Positions 20,135 through 31,310 of a stretch of DNA of 64,000 bases are shown here, in pieces. Source of the DNA: Candidatus Bathyarchaeota archaeon (GTDB lineage: Archaea; Thermoproteota; Bathyarchaeia; Bathyarchaeales; Bathycorpusculaceae). The stretch is taken from the NCBI GenBank assembly GCA_963720565.1, contig CAVRFW010000005.1, forward strand, positions 128,001 through 192,000, given 5' to 3'. How positions within the stretch are numbered: the first letter of the stretch is position 1; each line of letters opens with the position of its first letter. The position numbers and the translations under genes were made by a program. Under the pieces are notes generated by a model. It was given only the letters and a program-made list of their open reading frames with translations. It had not been told where the DNA came from and did not search any database.

Positions 20135-20470
20135 TCAGAATCCAAAAATCGATTTCCCTTTCTCTGCTCCATTTTCTTCTGAATGCTCATCCTCTTCGGA
20201 TATGTGGTGAGCGACATGAATAGCTAAGCCAGTTGCAGCTCCCGCAGACAGCCCCAGTAATAGGTGAGTAAGCCAGGCAAACTGAGATGAGTTTAGCAAT
20301 GCCAATACAATGAGGAAGTCAAAGACTATAGCGATTGTTAGATAGCCATAGCACCACATTTTGACACTTGTTCCACGCGGCTGATTAATGCCGATGCCTA
20401 CCAAAACTCCGAACATTGTCAGGAAACCTATCAACGCATAAATCCAGTCGTAAATCCCGTTTTCCTCCAT
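20135..20470 (-). CDS. Small membrane protein (3 TM)
   Basis: Three hydrophobic segments and an acidic tail. Confidence 0.65.
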   Translation of the reverse strand: MEENGIYDWIYALIGFLTMFGVLVGIGINQPRGTSVKMWCYGYLTIAIVFDFLIVLALLNSSQFAWLTHLLLGLSAGAATGLAIHVAHHISEEDEHSEENGAEKGKSIFGF

Positions 20471-20629
20471 TACAGTTGATACCCTTTTGCCGTGCCACTT
20501 TAATAGTTTATCTTCTCACAAGCAACTTTTCTTTCCAATAGAATAATCAAAGTCCTGCTGCTAAAACCGCTAGCTTTTTTACATAATCACACTTTACTAA
20601 GCCAAAGTTGGTGGTTACTGTAACAATAT

Positions 20630-22694
20630 TTGACGAAAAACACTGCCACAAGTGGGCTTTGCTCTTGGACCAAAGGCGAAGTAAAATCGAACGAGGCGAA
20701 GATGGCAATCAGTGAGAAGAACTTCGCAGAGGGAAAGCGTCTATTCTCCGAAGTTTTTTACGGAGTTTCCTCGGGCAAGGACTCTGATCCTGGCATGGCA
20801 GGTTCGCTTCTATACCACATGGCAATGGTTACCAAAATGGAAACCGAGAATGAGCTTCTCACGAGGGAATTTCATGCAGTTTTGCCCGAAATAAACGCGC
20901 AACTCGAGCTATTCACCGATGCTTTCTTTTCTGATATGAAAGAAACATCAAAAACAATTCTCAAAGCGAAGATTAATTGGCACGAGGTTGTTGCCAGAGA
21001 GAGTCTAAGTTCCGACAAGAAAATCCAATTGTATGCTTCTTTGAACAAAAACACCAAAGCGCTTGAAAGCATGTTGAGCAACAGAAATTCTGATGCAACT
21101 GAGCATCTTGAGAAAGTTTTCGGCAATTGGGCGCAAAACATAATTGAAATGCGTTTGCGTCAAGAATATGAAACAATAAAGGGCCTGCTTCTCACGGCTG
21201 GGCTGGTCAAACGCTTGGGCTTATCACGGGTTCAGGATTTCATGAACAGAGTGCAAGATAAGTTTGGCGAGGAAACCGTTCGAATTGCACTCGACGTTAC
21301 ACTAAAGGCTGGTATGCGAAGAGAAAAACTGCAGTCAATTATGCTTAGTGATCATTTCATAAACTATACTATGGACATGGAAAAACTAGACGGGCATATG
21401 GAGTTTCTAAACTGCCCGATTTTTGGCAGTCACAAGTACGTTGGTGAGACTTCGGGAATAGGTGAAGAGGTGGCTGCTCTTTTTTGTACTCACTTCTGTT
21501 ATGCACACGCCAAGGCAATGCTGAGCTCTGTGCTTCCTTTCACGTTTACGCTTTGGCAACCTAAACGCATTGCGACTCATGGACTCTGCGAGTTCTACCT
21601 CAAACTCGCATATTCCCCTACCGCAGAACCGGCACCGTTTGTTCCACTTATTTTGTCTTGGAATGTGACTCGAAAGTGCAATCTAAAATGCGCGCATTGC
21701 TACATAAACGCTACCGCAGAAGAACTCCAGAATGAACTCAGCACTGAAGAAGCCAAGATCCTCATGGATCAAATTTCTGCAGTCAGCAGACCACTGCTGA
21801 TATTAAGCGGCGGAGAACCTCTTTTGCGCAACGACATCTTGGAACTTATCCGCTACGGAACTGCAAAAGGCTTCAAGATGGGTCTGGGAAGCAACGGCAG
21901 CCTAATCGATTGCAAGACTGCAAAAGATCTCAAGGAAGCAGGCATCACAACCGTTTCAATCAGTTTGGATTCAAGCATTCCAGAGGTACATGACGATTTC
22001 AGGGGGGTAAAAGGATCATGGGAAAAGGCTATCGGTGCCATTAGAGCATTGAGAGAAGAAAACGTGCTTGTCCAGGTGAACACCACAGTAACACAACAAA
22101 ACTACGGAGAAATCGACGAGATTATGTCTCTGGTGGAACAACTCGGCGTGGAGAATTTCCATTTGTTCTTTCTTGTGCCTACTGGTAGAGGCGTAAAAAT
22201 TGCTGACATATCGCCAGCCAAATACGAGGATATGATTAGAACCACTTTCGCGAAAGCTGCAAAACACAAACTCAACGTGCGGCCATCTTGTGCCCCCCAG
22301 TTTATGCGCATTGCAAAGGACTCGGGCTTAGACATGCGACAGTGGATTCGGGGATGCATCGCTGGTTTGTACTACTGCCGGGTTTACCCAAACGGAGACG
22401 TCACTCCTTGTCCATACCTTCCAGTCCGACTTGGGAACATACGTGAGAAGACTTTTGGCCAAATCTGGCGTACGTCTGAGGTTTTCAAAAATCTCCGAGA
22501 TTTCAGCACCCTGAAAGGCAAATGTGGAGCGTGTGAATACATCAAAAGTTTGCGGTGGTTGCCGTGCTCGAGCGTACGGTCTCTCAAGCGATTTCATTGA
22601 CTTCTGCGGTGACTTGCATGAACCTGCCGAATTGAAAGGCGATTATTTGAAAGAAGACCCTTGGTGTGTTTACCAGCCTAAAGAAAGACGTTAA
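20630..22694 (+). CDS. Radical SAM/SPASM protein (AhbC/AhbD-like) with long N-terminal extension; +1 frameshift near 22545
   Basis: [25 protein letters not shown]...PCPY. After AAAA at 22544-22547 the shifted frame reads [11 protein letters not shown]...[13 protein letters not shown] to 22694. Confidence 0.85.
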
Positions 22695-23026
22695 AGATCG
22701 GAGCATACAACAAACCTTTCAAGGGATATCTTTGCTGGGCTGCAGTGGTATTTTTCCGCAGGCTGAAACTTAATCTTCTGAATTCCACCTTGTTTCTGCT
22801 ATTTTTCCAAAAGGAGGTTTGAAAGTGGTCATAATGACACATTGTTGTTTTCAACTGAGCCCCGCAACTCTTTTGAGCAAAGTGCCACTCACGCGCGCCG
22901 GCGTCGAAGACTTAAGGATGACTAGCTTCTCCAGAACAAGTATGCGCCGTTGAGTAGCCTAGATACTTATTTACATTTCATTAACACTATAAACTTGTTT
23001 TCACTTACTTCTGCCAAAGGGTAACT

Positions 23027-23395
23027 ATGTCTCAGAATGAAGAAGAACAAAAAAACGCTTTGACTTGTCCCAACAACACTTGCGCCAAGATTTTCCTTAA
23101 ACCCCTTAAGGCCTTGAATCTTCAAGTCGCCTCTGCCGGTCCTTATGATGCCTGTCCATACTGCTTAACAGAGATAAATCGCGATGAAGTGACGACAGTC
23201 TCAGATGAACCAATGGCGGCTGAGGTTGATGAAAAAATGTCGCTTGAAAACCAAGTTCAGGTTCCTCAGCAGTCAACTGGTTGCAGTTATCATCTGGGAT
23301 ATTTGAGCGAGCGGGACTCCAAAGACCAGATTCCAGATGGCTGCATAATCTGCAAGGACATCGTTGAATGTATGCTAAGGAAAATGAAAGACTAG
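23027..23395 (+). CDS. Cys-rich putative zinc-binding protein
   Basis: CPNNTC, CPYC, CSYHLGYL, CIIC-x5-C. Confidence 0.7.
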   Translation: MSQNEEEQKNALTCPNNTCAKIFLKPLKALNLQVASAGPYDACPYCLTEINRDEVTTVSDEPMAAEVDEKMSLENQVQVPQQSTGCSYHLGYLSERDSKDQIPDGCIICKDIVECMLRKMKD

Positions 23396-23542
23396 ATAGC
23401 TTAGTAAACTTCCATTACCTGCTAAAATATCTTATCTTGATCTGAGCAAAAAAGATTCGCAATTGCCGTAATTATTAAAAAAAATAAAAAACTTTAGAAA
23501 TAATTGCCCTGATAATGGATTGCAGGGCAAATCTTTGCTATT

Positions 23543-23898
23543 TTAGGTTTTTCTCTTCTTTTCAGGCATTTTTTCGTCTTCGACCGCTGACTTCACTGCT
23601 TCTTCTGCTTCTTCCTTCTTCTCCTCTATTTCGCTCGTGATTTCTTCGATTGGTTTTGGCGGCGGTGTGGTTGCCATTGTCCAGCCAATCCATGCTCCTA
23701 TGAACATTATGGCAACAAAAGCTATGAACACCGGTATGGCGATGACCCAGAACCTGATGTTTTGCAGCGCTTCAGCAGTGATCCGGCAAGGCCGACCATG
23801 CTTAGCCAGTTTGGATAGAACAGCGTTACCAGGTAGCCTATGGCGACGACTATGCACACGATAAATATTGCTCCACCTATTGCTTGATCTTTACTCAT
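23543..23898 (-). CDS. Conserved small archaeal membrane protein, frameshifted near 23785
   Basis: ATG 23898 gives MSKDQAIGGAIFIVCIVVAIGYLVTLFYPNWL; a second frame gives FWVIAIPVFIAFVAIMFIGAWIGWTMATTPPPKPIEE. Confidence 0.75.
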
Positions 23899-23975
23899 TT
23901 TAGTATCACCACTTATAAGCCATGTTTATAATCTTAATCCATTTAAAGTTTACCATGTCAGCTGACATACTCTTG

Positions 23976-25232
23976 TCACGTAGTTCCCATTTCCCACGTC
24001 GATAGATATTTCTTCTGTTCTAGGGTGAGTTCGTCGATTTTTATTCCCATGGCGTTGAGCTTGAGTTCAGCGACCGTTTCATCTATGTCTTTCGGTACGG
24101 TGTAGACTTTTGGAGGCATTTTCGCGCTTCTGGCGATGTACTCTGCGCTCAGTGCTTGGTTTGCGAATGACATGTCCATAACCTCAGAGGGGTGTCCTTC
24201 GGCTGCAGCCAGGTTTACGAGTCTTCCCTCGGCGAGAAGATAGAGCTTTCGTCCATCCTTTAATGTGTACTCTTCTAAGTTGGGCCTAATGGTTCTCTTC
24301 TTTTTTGACATTTTATCAATGTCTTTTAGACTTATTTCTACATTGAAGTGGCCGCTGTTTGCGATTATGGCGCCGTCTTTCATTTTCTCCATGTGTTCCT
24401 TGCGTATTACGTTGATGTCTCCGGTGGCTGTTACAAAAATGTCCCCTATCGGGGCAGCTTCTGCAAGGGGCATAACGCGCAGCCCGTTCATAGCTGCTTC
24501 CAAAGCTTTGGTCGGTACAACTTCTGTTACTATTACATTAGCGCCTAACCCCTGAGCGCGCATTGCAATACCTCTTGAGCACCATCCATACCCGCAGACA
24601 ACGAAGTTTTTGCCTGCTAGGAGGACGCTTGTAGCTCTGAGAATACCATCGATAGTGCTCTGGCCGGTCCCGTAGCGGTTGTCAAACAGATACTTCGTGT
24701 ACGCATCGTTCACAGCTAGTATGGGGTACTTTAGGCTTCCAGCCTTTTCCATCGCCCGTAAGCGCACCACGCCTGTGGTGGTTTCTTCTGTTCCGCCTTT
24801 GACGTTCCTCAGTTCTTTTGCTCGTTTGCTGTGAAGGGTACCAACCAAGTCTGCGCCGTCATCCAGAGTTATTGCGGGTTTGTAATCCAAAACTTTGTTT
24901 ATACATTCATAATACTCTTCTGTGTTTTGTCCACGCCAAGCAAAAACATGAATTCCTTTGTCTGCAAGAGCTGCTGCTACATCATCCTGCGTTGATAGCG
25001 GGTTCGACCCACACAAAACGACTTTAGCTCCACCAGCTGCTAGAGCATCCACTAAGACAGCTGTTTCCTTAGTAACATGAAGGCAAGCTCCCAACGTTAA
25101 ACCCTTGAGAGGCTTTTCTTTGATAAATCTGTTCTTGATTTGGTTCAGAACAGGCATGTGAGCTGCAGCCCATTCAATTTGCAAATGACCTTGAGATGCA
25201 AGAGATGGATCTTTGATTTTGCATGTTTCCAT
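23976..25232 (-). CDS. ahcY: S-adenosylhomocysteine hydrolase
   Basis: [46 protein letters not shown]. Confidence 0.97.
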   Translation of the reverse strand: METCKIKDPSLASQGHLQIEWAAAHMPVLNQIKNRFIKEKPLKGLTLGACLHVTKETAVLVDALAAGGAKVVLCGSNPLSTQDDVAAALADKGIHVFAWRGQNTEEYYECINKVLDYKPAITLDDGADLVGTLHSKRAKELRNVKGGTEETTTGVVRLRAMEKAGSLKYPILAVNDAYTKYLFDNRYGTGQSTIDGILRATSVLLAGKNFVVCGYGWCSRGIAMRAQGLGANVIVTEVVPTKALEAAMNGLRVMPLAEAAPIGDIFVTATGDINVIRKEHMEKMKDGAIIANSGHFNVEISLKDIDKMSKKKRTIRPNLEEYTLKDGRKLYLLAEGRLVNLAAAEGHPSEVMDMSFANQALSAEYIARSAKMPPKVYTVPKDIDETVAELKLNAMGIKIDELTLEQKKYLSTWEMGTT

Positions 25233-25472
25233 TTTGTCAACCTTCTTTTAGAAAAAGACTGCTGTCTTACTATTTAGCTTTGCTTTACACTCGTAAACCT
25301 GTTTGCGAACTTACGAAGCCAATCCTATTTCCTCAACGGCACAGGCGAATATTCATACTGTCGAATAAGCCGATTGCGTCTGCTTCGCATCACCAGTTAA
25401 ATGGTCAATAAGAAAGCGTTTTTTCCTGCTGGAAAAGTTTAATTATACTTTTACGGAACTATCGATAGAGGT

Positions 25473-26084
25473 GTGTTGGTGCGGGAACCTTTCGCCGAGT
25501 TTGTCAAGAGCACGCTTAGATCACGGTCTTTGTTGATTACATGCGGTCTTCCAGGAACTTGGAAAACTGAGACGTCCGAAGAAATTTCAAAGATTAAGGG
25601 TTACCAAATTATACGGAGCGATATTGTTCGCTTGGAAGTTCTCAAGAACGAAGATGTTTTTGATGCGAAAGTGGCAGGCAACATGAGCAAACGTCTTTCC
25701 GTTTATGACGAACTATTTCGCCGGGCAGATGTTTTAGCCGGAAAAAGCAAGAAGGGCTTAATCTTGGATGCTACTTTCGTTACCCAAGATCTGCGAAGGC
25801 GTGCCGCGGAAATCGCAGCAAAGCACGACATGACTTTTGTTGTTCTCCAAACCAGTTGTCCTCAAGAAGTGTCCGTCGCTAGGATTCAGAGAAGGACAAA
25901 AGAGAAGTATGAGTCTAACGCTTTAACTGTCGAGGCGTATCTTGCTAACAAGAGCAAGTTTGAACCCGTTGATTTGGACGATTTGAAGCAGCGGTATCCG
26001 CAGCTGAAAATAATTCACTTCACGGTTGACACCTGCCATGATTCTCCAGAGAATTGGTTTGTAATCGGGATGGGAAAAAGGTAA
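25473..26084 (+). CDS. P-loop kinase-like protein (AAA_33 / COG0645 type)
   Basis: CGLPGTWKT variant Walker A, RSDIVR, ILDATF. Confidence 0.8.
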   Translation: MLVREPFAEFVKSTLRSRSLLITCGLPGTWKTETSEEISKIKGYQIIRSDIVRLEVLKNEDVFDAKVAGNMSKRLSVYDELFRRADVLAGKSKKGLILDATFVTQDLRRRAAEIAAKHDMTFVVLQTSCPQEVSVARIQRRTKEKYESNALTVEAYLANKSKFEPVDLDDLKQRYPQLKIIHFTVDTCHDSPENWFVIGMGKR

Positions 26085-26100
26085 TCAGGCATAGTTCAGC

Positions 26101-26970
26101 ATGAAAACAGATTTGCATATTCATTCGAATCATTCCGATGGAGCTTTATCTGTCGAGGAAATCGTCAGAGAAGCCAAGCTTAGGAATATTGGGTTACTAT
26201 CGATTACTGACCACGACTCGATTGCCTGTCAAGAACTTGCATTCGGTTTGGCTAGGAAAGCAGGGCTCAGCTATGTTTCCGGCGTTGAATTGAATGTGAC
26301 CTTTTCGCATCCAAGATTCAACTCGGGCAAATCCGTGTCATTAGATTTTTTAGGTTACCAATTTGTTATTGATGATACTGCATTGAGAAAGAAACTTGAA
26401 AAAATGGCAGAATATCGAGAGGCAAGAGCTGCAAAAATCTTGGAAAATCTTAATGCAGCATTTGAAATGGAAGGTATTGAAAAGCTAACAAGAAACGATT
26501 TTGCAGAAATCCAGGCTTCAGTTGATGGATCAATGGGAAGACCCCACATCGCTGATTATCTGGTTAGGAAGAAGATTGTGAAGTCTAGACAGGAAGCTTT
26601 TGACAAGTACCTCGTGAAATGCGATGTTCCAAAGTATCCACTTCACCTTGGCGATGCATCGAGATTAGTGAAAGACGCGGGGGGAAGAGTAGTGCTAGCC
26701 CATCCTAATGACCCTCATGGCACCTCCCTTGCGTCTTTGTCCAAATCGCTGTTCGAACAGACAGAGATAATACAGGAGTCGATGTTACCGTACATTGATG
26801 GCGTTGAGTGTTGGCATTCAAGAAGTGACCCTGTAACAACTAGACACTATGTCAGTTTTGCAAAAGAGCACGGCTTGATTATGACGGGCGGGAGTGATTG
26901 CCATCAAAAACCCATCGTTATGGGAACAGTTAAGGTACCAGAGAGTGTGGTCAATTACTTCAAATTTTAG
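26101..26970 (+). CDS. PHP-family metal-dependent phosphoesterase
   Basis: DLHIHS-x2-SDG, ITDHD, GVEL, GRPH, LAHP, GGSDCH. Confidence 0.92.
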   Translation: MKTDLHIHSNHSDGALSVEEIVREAKLRNIGLLSITDHDSIACQELAFGLARKAGLSYVSGVELNVTFSHPRFNSGKSVSLDFLGYQFVIDDTALRKKLEKMAEYREARAAKILENLNAAFEMEGIEKLTRNDFAEIQASVDGSMGRPHIADYLVRKKIVKSRQEAFDKYLVKCDVPKYPLHLGDASRLVKDAGGRVVLAHPNDPHGTSLASLSKSLFEQTEIIQESMLPYIDGVECWHSRSDPVTTRHYVSFAKEHGLIMTGGSDCHQKPIVMGTVKVPESVVNYFKF

Positions 26971-26978
26971 GATATATT

Positions 26979-27992
26979 TCAATCTAACCTTTTTGCATAA
27001 TTTGCAGCTAGCTTGAAGTAGGCACTTGCTTCTCTCTTTGCTGCACTTTTATCTCTACTACTTACATTTTTATCTTTGAGCTTGAAACTAGTTACTTTTC
27101 CTCGCACATAAGCCCTATAGCATTGGTAGAAAGGAAAAAGCTTGATTACTCCTTCATCTCCGGAGTACTCGATATATCTCTTTGCTAAAACGTCAGACAG
27201 GTCGGGTCGCTTTCTGAAGTCTAAATCCATGGCTAAAAAGGCAATGTCAGCGGCGACATCGGAGTACCTAAATCTCTCATTGAACTCAATGGCATCGAAG
27301 ATGTATATTTGATCCGCGACAAAAATGTTACCCGAATGGATATCGCCATGGCAGTCTTTGATTCTGCCGTCTAGTACTCTCTTCTCAAAAAGCCCGCCGT
27401 TCTGCTTAATGTACTTGCTGACTTTTTCACAGATTGCCTCATAATCGCTTGCAGATATTGTACTCCCGATGAACTCTTCTGTTTGATTAAAATTCTCTTT
27501 CCAGTTTTTCCTTATGATTCTTAATGAACCGAATTGGCGTGTTCTCTCGTTCGATTCGGCTTTCTTATGAAATTCTGCAATGATTTTAGCTATTTTGTCA
27601 ATTAGATTGTTATCGACTTTGTTGTCTTTGAGAAGCGTGATTAGTATTCTTTCTTGGGGTATTCTCTTCATCTTCAAAGCATACTCAACGATTTTTCCTT
27701 GGCCTCTTATCTTGATTGTTCTTAGTTTGTTAATCGGGACAACCTCTAGATACATGTCTCCGCAAAGACGTCTGTTGAGCTCCAGCTCTTTATCGCAGAA
27801 GAAACGCCTTTTTTCAAGGGTAGTAAAATCCAGAAATCCTAGGTCAACGGGTTTTTTCACCTTGTAAGCATGATTGTCGGTTAAGAATACAAAGGATATG
27901 TGCGTTTGAATTAATTCAATGTGGTCTGTATCTTCATCGTAAGCTTCAGGTTTCATTAAAGCTTCTACAATTTCCTTCTGATCCACAATCAT
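26979..27992 (-). CDS. Aminoglycoside-phosphotransferase-like kinase-fold protein (COG2187 type)
   Basis: QTHISFVFL, YKVKKPVDLGFLDF, DCHGDIHSGNI, FDAIEFNERFR, YRAYVRGKV. Confidence 0.85.
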   Translation of the reverse strand: MIVDQKEIVEALMKPEAYDEDTDHIELIQTHISFVFLTDNHAYKVKKPVDLGFLDFTTLEKRRFFCDKELELNRRLCGDMYLEVVPINKLRTIKIRGQGKIVEYALKMKRIPQERILITLLKDNKVDNNLIDKIAKIIAEFHKKAESNERTRQFGSLRIIRKNWKENFNQTEEFIGSTISASDYEAICEKVSKYIKQNGGLFEKRVLDGRIKDCHGDIHSGNIFVADQIYIFDAIEFNERFRYSDVAADIAFLAMDLDFRKRPDLSDVLAKRYIEYSGDEGVIKLFPFYQCYRAYVRGKVTSFKLKDKNVSSRDKSAAKREASAYFKLAANYAKRLD

Positions 27993-28269
27993 CGTTGAAT
28001 CTACTTCTCAAAGGTGTGATGCACCTTTTGGGTATGAACAAAAATTCAACGGGCAATATAGAGCTATCTGTGATTGAAGCGTTGGACTAACGCAACAGCT
28101 TGAGGTGTTAGGTGGACTTCAAATACTCTTGAGCATTTGAATGCTTCTCTTTACTTGTCTAAGTTGACCTCTGCTCTTCCGTAGCAATTAGGTATTTCTT
28201 CTGACATATTCCGGCAATGGAATTAAGAGCTAAATAAGGAACACACTTTAGCACTCATCGGTGACGAAG

Positions 28270-28374
28270 GTGATTATTGAGACAGTTGAGGATTTGAAGA
28301 ATGCTCTAAAGGACAGCGGGTATTCCAGCAAGGCAATAACTGAAATTTTGAAATGGTATGCCGAAAGACCGTGA
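28270..28374 (+). CDS. Small hypothetical protein (34 aa)
   Basis: GTG start after GGTGA SD; MIIETVEDLKNALKDSGYSSKAITEILKWYAERP, amphipathic helix-turn-helix character. Confidence 0.5.
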   Translation: MIIETVEDLKNALKDSGYSSKAITEILKWYAERP

Positions 28375-28478
28375 ATTGGTCTGTCCCAAATTAGGGCAAG
28401 CTTTCTGGACCCGCAGATTTTTCGAGTTTTGAAAGGCAAGCAATTGTGCCTTCTCTGAAACATTGCTAATTCGTGCGT

Positions 28479-29090
28479 TTACTTCTTAATATAACTAAAT
28501 ACAGCTTCTGCTTGTTCATTTGATATTTTCCGAGACTTTGCTAAAGCGTTCACTAAATCAGAAATCTGTGCCAAGGCATGAACTTTGTAGCCTAACTTCT
28601 CCAGGTTTTCCTTGCCTCCCTGTTCCCTGTCAATTACTACCATCAAATGCTCAATTTTTGCGCCAAGTTGTTCTAGCGGTTTTATTCCCTCAAGCTTTGA
28701 CAAGCCTTCGCTGATGACATCGTCGAAAAAGAGTATGTTTTCACCTTTCACGACCTCTCCGCCTGCAATTCTGCCTGTCACACCGTAGCCTTTCTGTTCT
28801 TTCCTGACCACAAGACAAGGTAAAGGTACTCTGCAGGCAATGCTGGGTAGTAATAGTGCACCTTTAAGTTCAATTGAAGCCAGCTTGTCTATTCTCTTGG
28901 AACCGAAAGTTTCCTTGATGACTTCGGCCGCAATTTCCGTGACGATGCAAAGCTCTTTTGGCACAGATAACAAACGTGCAAGGTCAATGTAGTATGGACT
29001 AAGCGCGCCAGATTTAATTCTGTATTCGCCAAACTTCACGCAACCTGATAAAAAAAGGGCTTCAGCCAACCTGTCGGTGATGCTAGACAT
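28479..29090 (-). CDS. pyrE: Orotate phosphoribosyltransferase
   Basis: KSG-x-SPYYID, VRKEQKGYG, FDDVISEG. Confidence 0.9.
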   Translation of the reverse strand: MSSITDRLAEALFLSGCVKFGEYRIKSGALSPYYIDLARLLSVPKELCIVTEIAAEVIKETFGSKRIDKLASIELKGALLLPSIACRVPLPCLVVRKEQKGYGVTGRIAGGEVVKGENILFFDDVISEGLSKLEGIKPLEQLGAKIEHLMVVIDREQGGKENLEKLGYKVHALAQISDLVNALAKSRKISNEQAEAVFSYIKK

Positions 29091-29265
29091 TCTGGGTATC
29101 CCTGAATTGAATTTAGTCTATAGCATTTAACCTTTTGTCAGAATAGGCGTACATCAAACGTTCTATGATCAAGTTGGCTTTTCTGCATTAGGAGTTGCAT
29201 GCAATTGAGTACCATGGTAGAATGTGCGCGCTCGTGAATAAACCGGTTTTGCGATTGAAGGTTCC

Positions 29266-29754
29266 CTATTGCTTGTCGTATTCTTCAACTTCATTGTTCA
29301 TTATGACAAGTTCAACGCCTGCCTGCCTGAACATTTCCTTAGTGTCTCCATCAGCGTGGTAGCGTTTCTCGCAAACCACCCGCTTTATTCCCGCGTTAAT
29401 TATAATCATCGCACAGGTTCTGCATGGCGTCATCCTGCAGAAAAGTGTCGTTCCTTCTAAAGGAATCCCAAATCTAGCCGCCTGTATAATCGCATTCTGT
29501 TCAGCGTGTAGCGTGCGTACGCAATGCTGAGTAATGTTTCCATTGAAATCAATCATTTTGCGCATGTCGTGTCCCGCATCGTCACAATGAGGCAAACCCG
29601 CAGGTGCGCCAACATACCCCGTAGTCATGATTCGTTTGTCTTTAACAATTACACAGCCGCTTCTTCCACGGTCGCATGTGGCTCGCCTAGCAACAGCATC
29701 GCAGAGGTCTAAGAAGTACCTGTCCCAATTAGGTCTTAGTTTGGTAGCCAACAA
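29266..29754 (-). CDS. dCMP deaminase family protein
   Basis: HAEQNAI and PCRTC zinc motifs. Confidence 0.9.
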   Translation of the reverse strand: MLATKLRPNWDRYFLDLCDAVARRATCDRGRSGCVIVKDKRIMTTGYVGAPAGLPHCDDAGHDMRKMIDFNGNITQHCVRTLHAEQNAIIQAARFGIPLEGTTLFCRMTPCRTCAMIIINAGIKRVVCEKRYHADGDTKEMFRQAGVELVIMNNEVEEYDKQ

Positions 29755-29828
29755 TCTCCTGTCCTGAACAGCCTATTTTCTTCACAGAACAAATTAATAA
29801 ACATGCACAGCTATCAAGAAAATGGCCT

Positions 29829-31151
29829 TTACTTTTGAAAAACGTGAACTTCTCTTCCGATTTTGTGCCTTTCATCAGTGTCAACGAAAGAGGTAATTCC
29901 AATTAGGTTCTGTGGCAAAGTTACTTTTTCCGTGAAAAATTCTTCTCGGAAAATAGATGCCGTTTTGTACCCTATCTCTGCTGCCTTATTGCCGATTTGC
30001 ATGGTAACTGGTTGCTCTGAACGAGTTTTAATGTAGGGAGATACCGTGACCAATCGCCCATCCTTTCTCAGGACTCTAAATGCTTCCTCTAAGAAGCTAT
30101 AGTGCAGAGGTTTCAGTTTTTCAATCAATCTTAGGGCATATGGTTTAGTCGGGATTTGACGCAGAGCCGGACCTAGGTCGGGTTCCGTCACAATACAATC
30201 TACCTGTTCTCGTCCTATCTTTTCTGTCAACTTCAATACGTCTCCTTGAACAACTCTGTATTTCGCGTCTTCCAAGGAATACTCGTTCTTCAGCCAATTT
30301 AGATTCCGTGTAGCCGCCTCAACACACCAATTGTTAATGTCCATGCCGACTACTTCTGCGCCTGCGAGAAGGGCTTCCTGCAAAATAGTGCCCACGCCAC
30401 AGAACGGGTCTAACAAGACTTGTCCCCGTCTAAGGGCAGCCAGGTTTGTCATAATCCTTGCCAATCGTGGAGAAATGGCAAAAATCTTGCGTTGACTAGG
30501 TTTGCCTACGTCACGCTTTTGGAATTCAAATGGATTATGGACGGCGATTGTAGTGGCAACAAATGTCTGCTCCTTTCCAACGCAGAATAGAACCTCAGCC
30601 TTGTTCTCAACCAGTTTCTTCTTAATGACTTCAACGTGACTGAGTTGAGGATAATCTCTGTCTCTGGCAAAACCCATAAAATTAGCCCGCTTGTCCTGAG
30701 AAGCCAAAGCTTTTTTTACGGTACTGCCTACAAAATGCTGCATCGTGTGGGCGACCGGACGAAAAACCGAATCAATCCAATACACACTAACGCCGAAGAT
30801 TGCTTTTCCATGAATCGAATTCTCAAACATTTGCTCGATTAACCCTGTTTTCGATATCTTATCTTTCAACTGCACTTGAGCTGTTTTTTCCTTCTGCAGG
30901 AATGCCTCTTTGACGGTCTGTGTGGCGAAACTTGTTTTAACTTCACCAATCTTTATGATCCCGCCCAGAGAAGCTACATCTACCGTGCTTGTGCTGTTAA
31001 CACTTACAACAAAAAATGTTTTTGAAAACAAGTTCACTTCAAAACTGCTGCATTTCACTTCGAGAAACGTCATGAGTTCTGCTAGTGACAATTTCCAGTT
31101 CTTTCCTGGGACAAAAAGCAAAGAAACTGAATCCCTGTTTGGCATTCTCAC
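29829..31151 (-). CDS. Trm11/TrmG10-like tRNA methyltransferase
   Basis: SPRLAR, LDPFCGVGTIL, VTEPDLG. Confidence 0.75.
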   Translation of the reverse strand: MRMPNRDSVSLLFVPGKNWKLSLAELMTFLEVKCSSFEVNLFSKTFFVVSVNSTSTVDVASLGGIIKIGEVKTSFATQTVKEAFLQKEKTAQVQLKDKISKTGLIEQMFENSIHGKAIFGVSVYWIDSVFRPVAHTMQHFVGSTVKKALASQDKRANFMGFARDRDYPQLSHVEVIKKKLVENKAEVLFCVGKEQTFVATTIAVHNPFEFQKRDVGKPSQRKIFAISPRLARIMTNLAALRRGQVLLDPFCGVGTILQEALLAGAEVVGMDINNWCVEAATRNLNWLKNEYSLEDAKYRVVQGDVLKLTEKIGREQVDCIVTEPDLGPALRQIPTKPYALRLIEKLKPLHYSFLEEAFRVLRKDGRLVTVSPYIKTRSEQPVTMQIGNKAAEIGYKTASIFREEFFTEKVTLPQNLIGITSFVDTDERHKIGREVHVFQK

Positions 31152-31310
31152 ACTGCTAAAGCTCCAGTTAGATATATGAGTGGAAGGCGCTTATAACCCG
31201 AAAGTCTAATCGCTTACCGCAGAACGCTGAAAAGTCTAAAAAAATCTGCGAAGAACGCGACAAATCGTTTAAATAGCGCTTAGGCGGTAACCTACAAAAG
31301 GGATGTTCTC

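Noticed and set aside
22540..22550. Programmed frameshift in the radical SAM gene
   Set aside because: There is no slippery heptamer or stimulatory structure; a homopolymer error is simpler.
22820..22960. C/D box sRNA
   Set aside because: Only partial box-like words; no convincing C, D', C', D arrangement.
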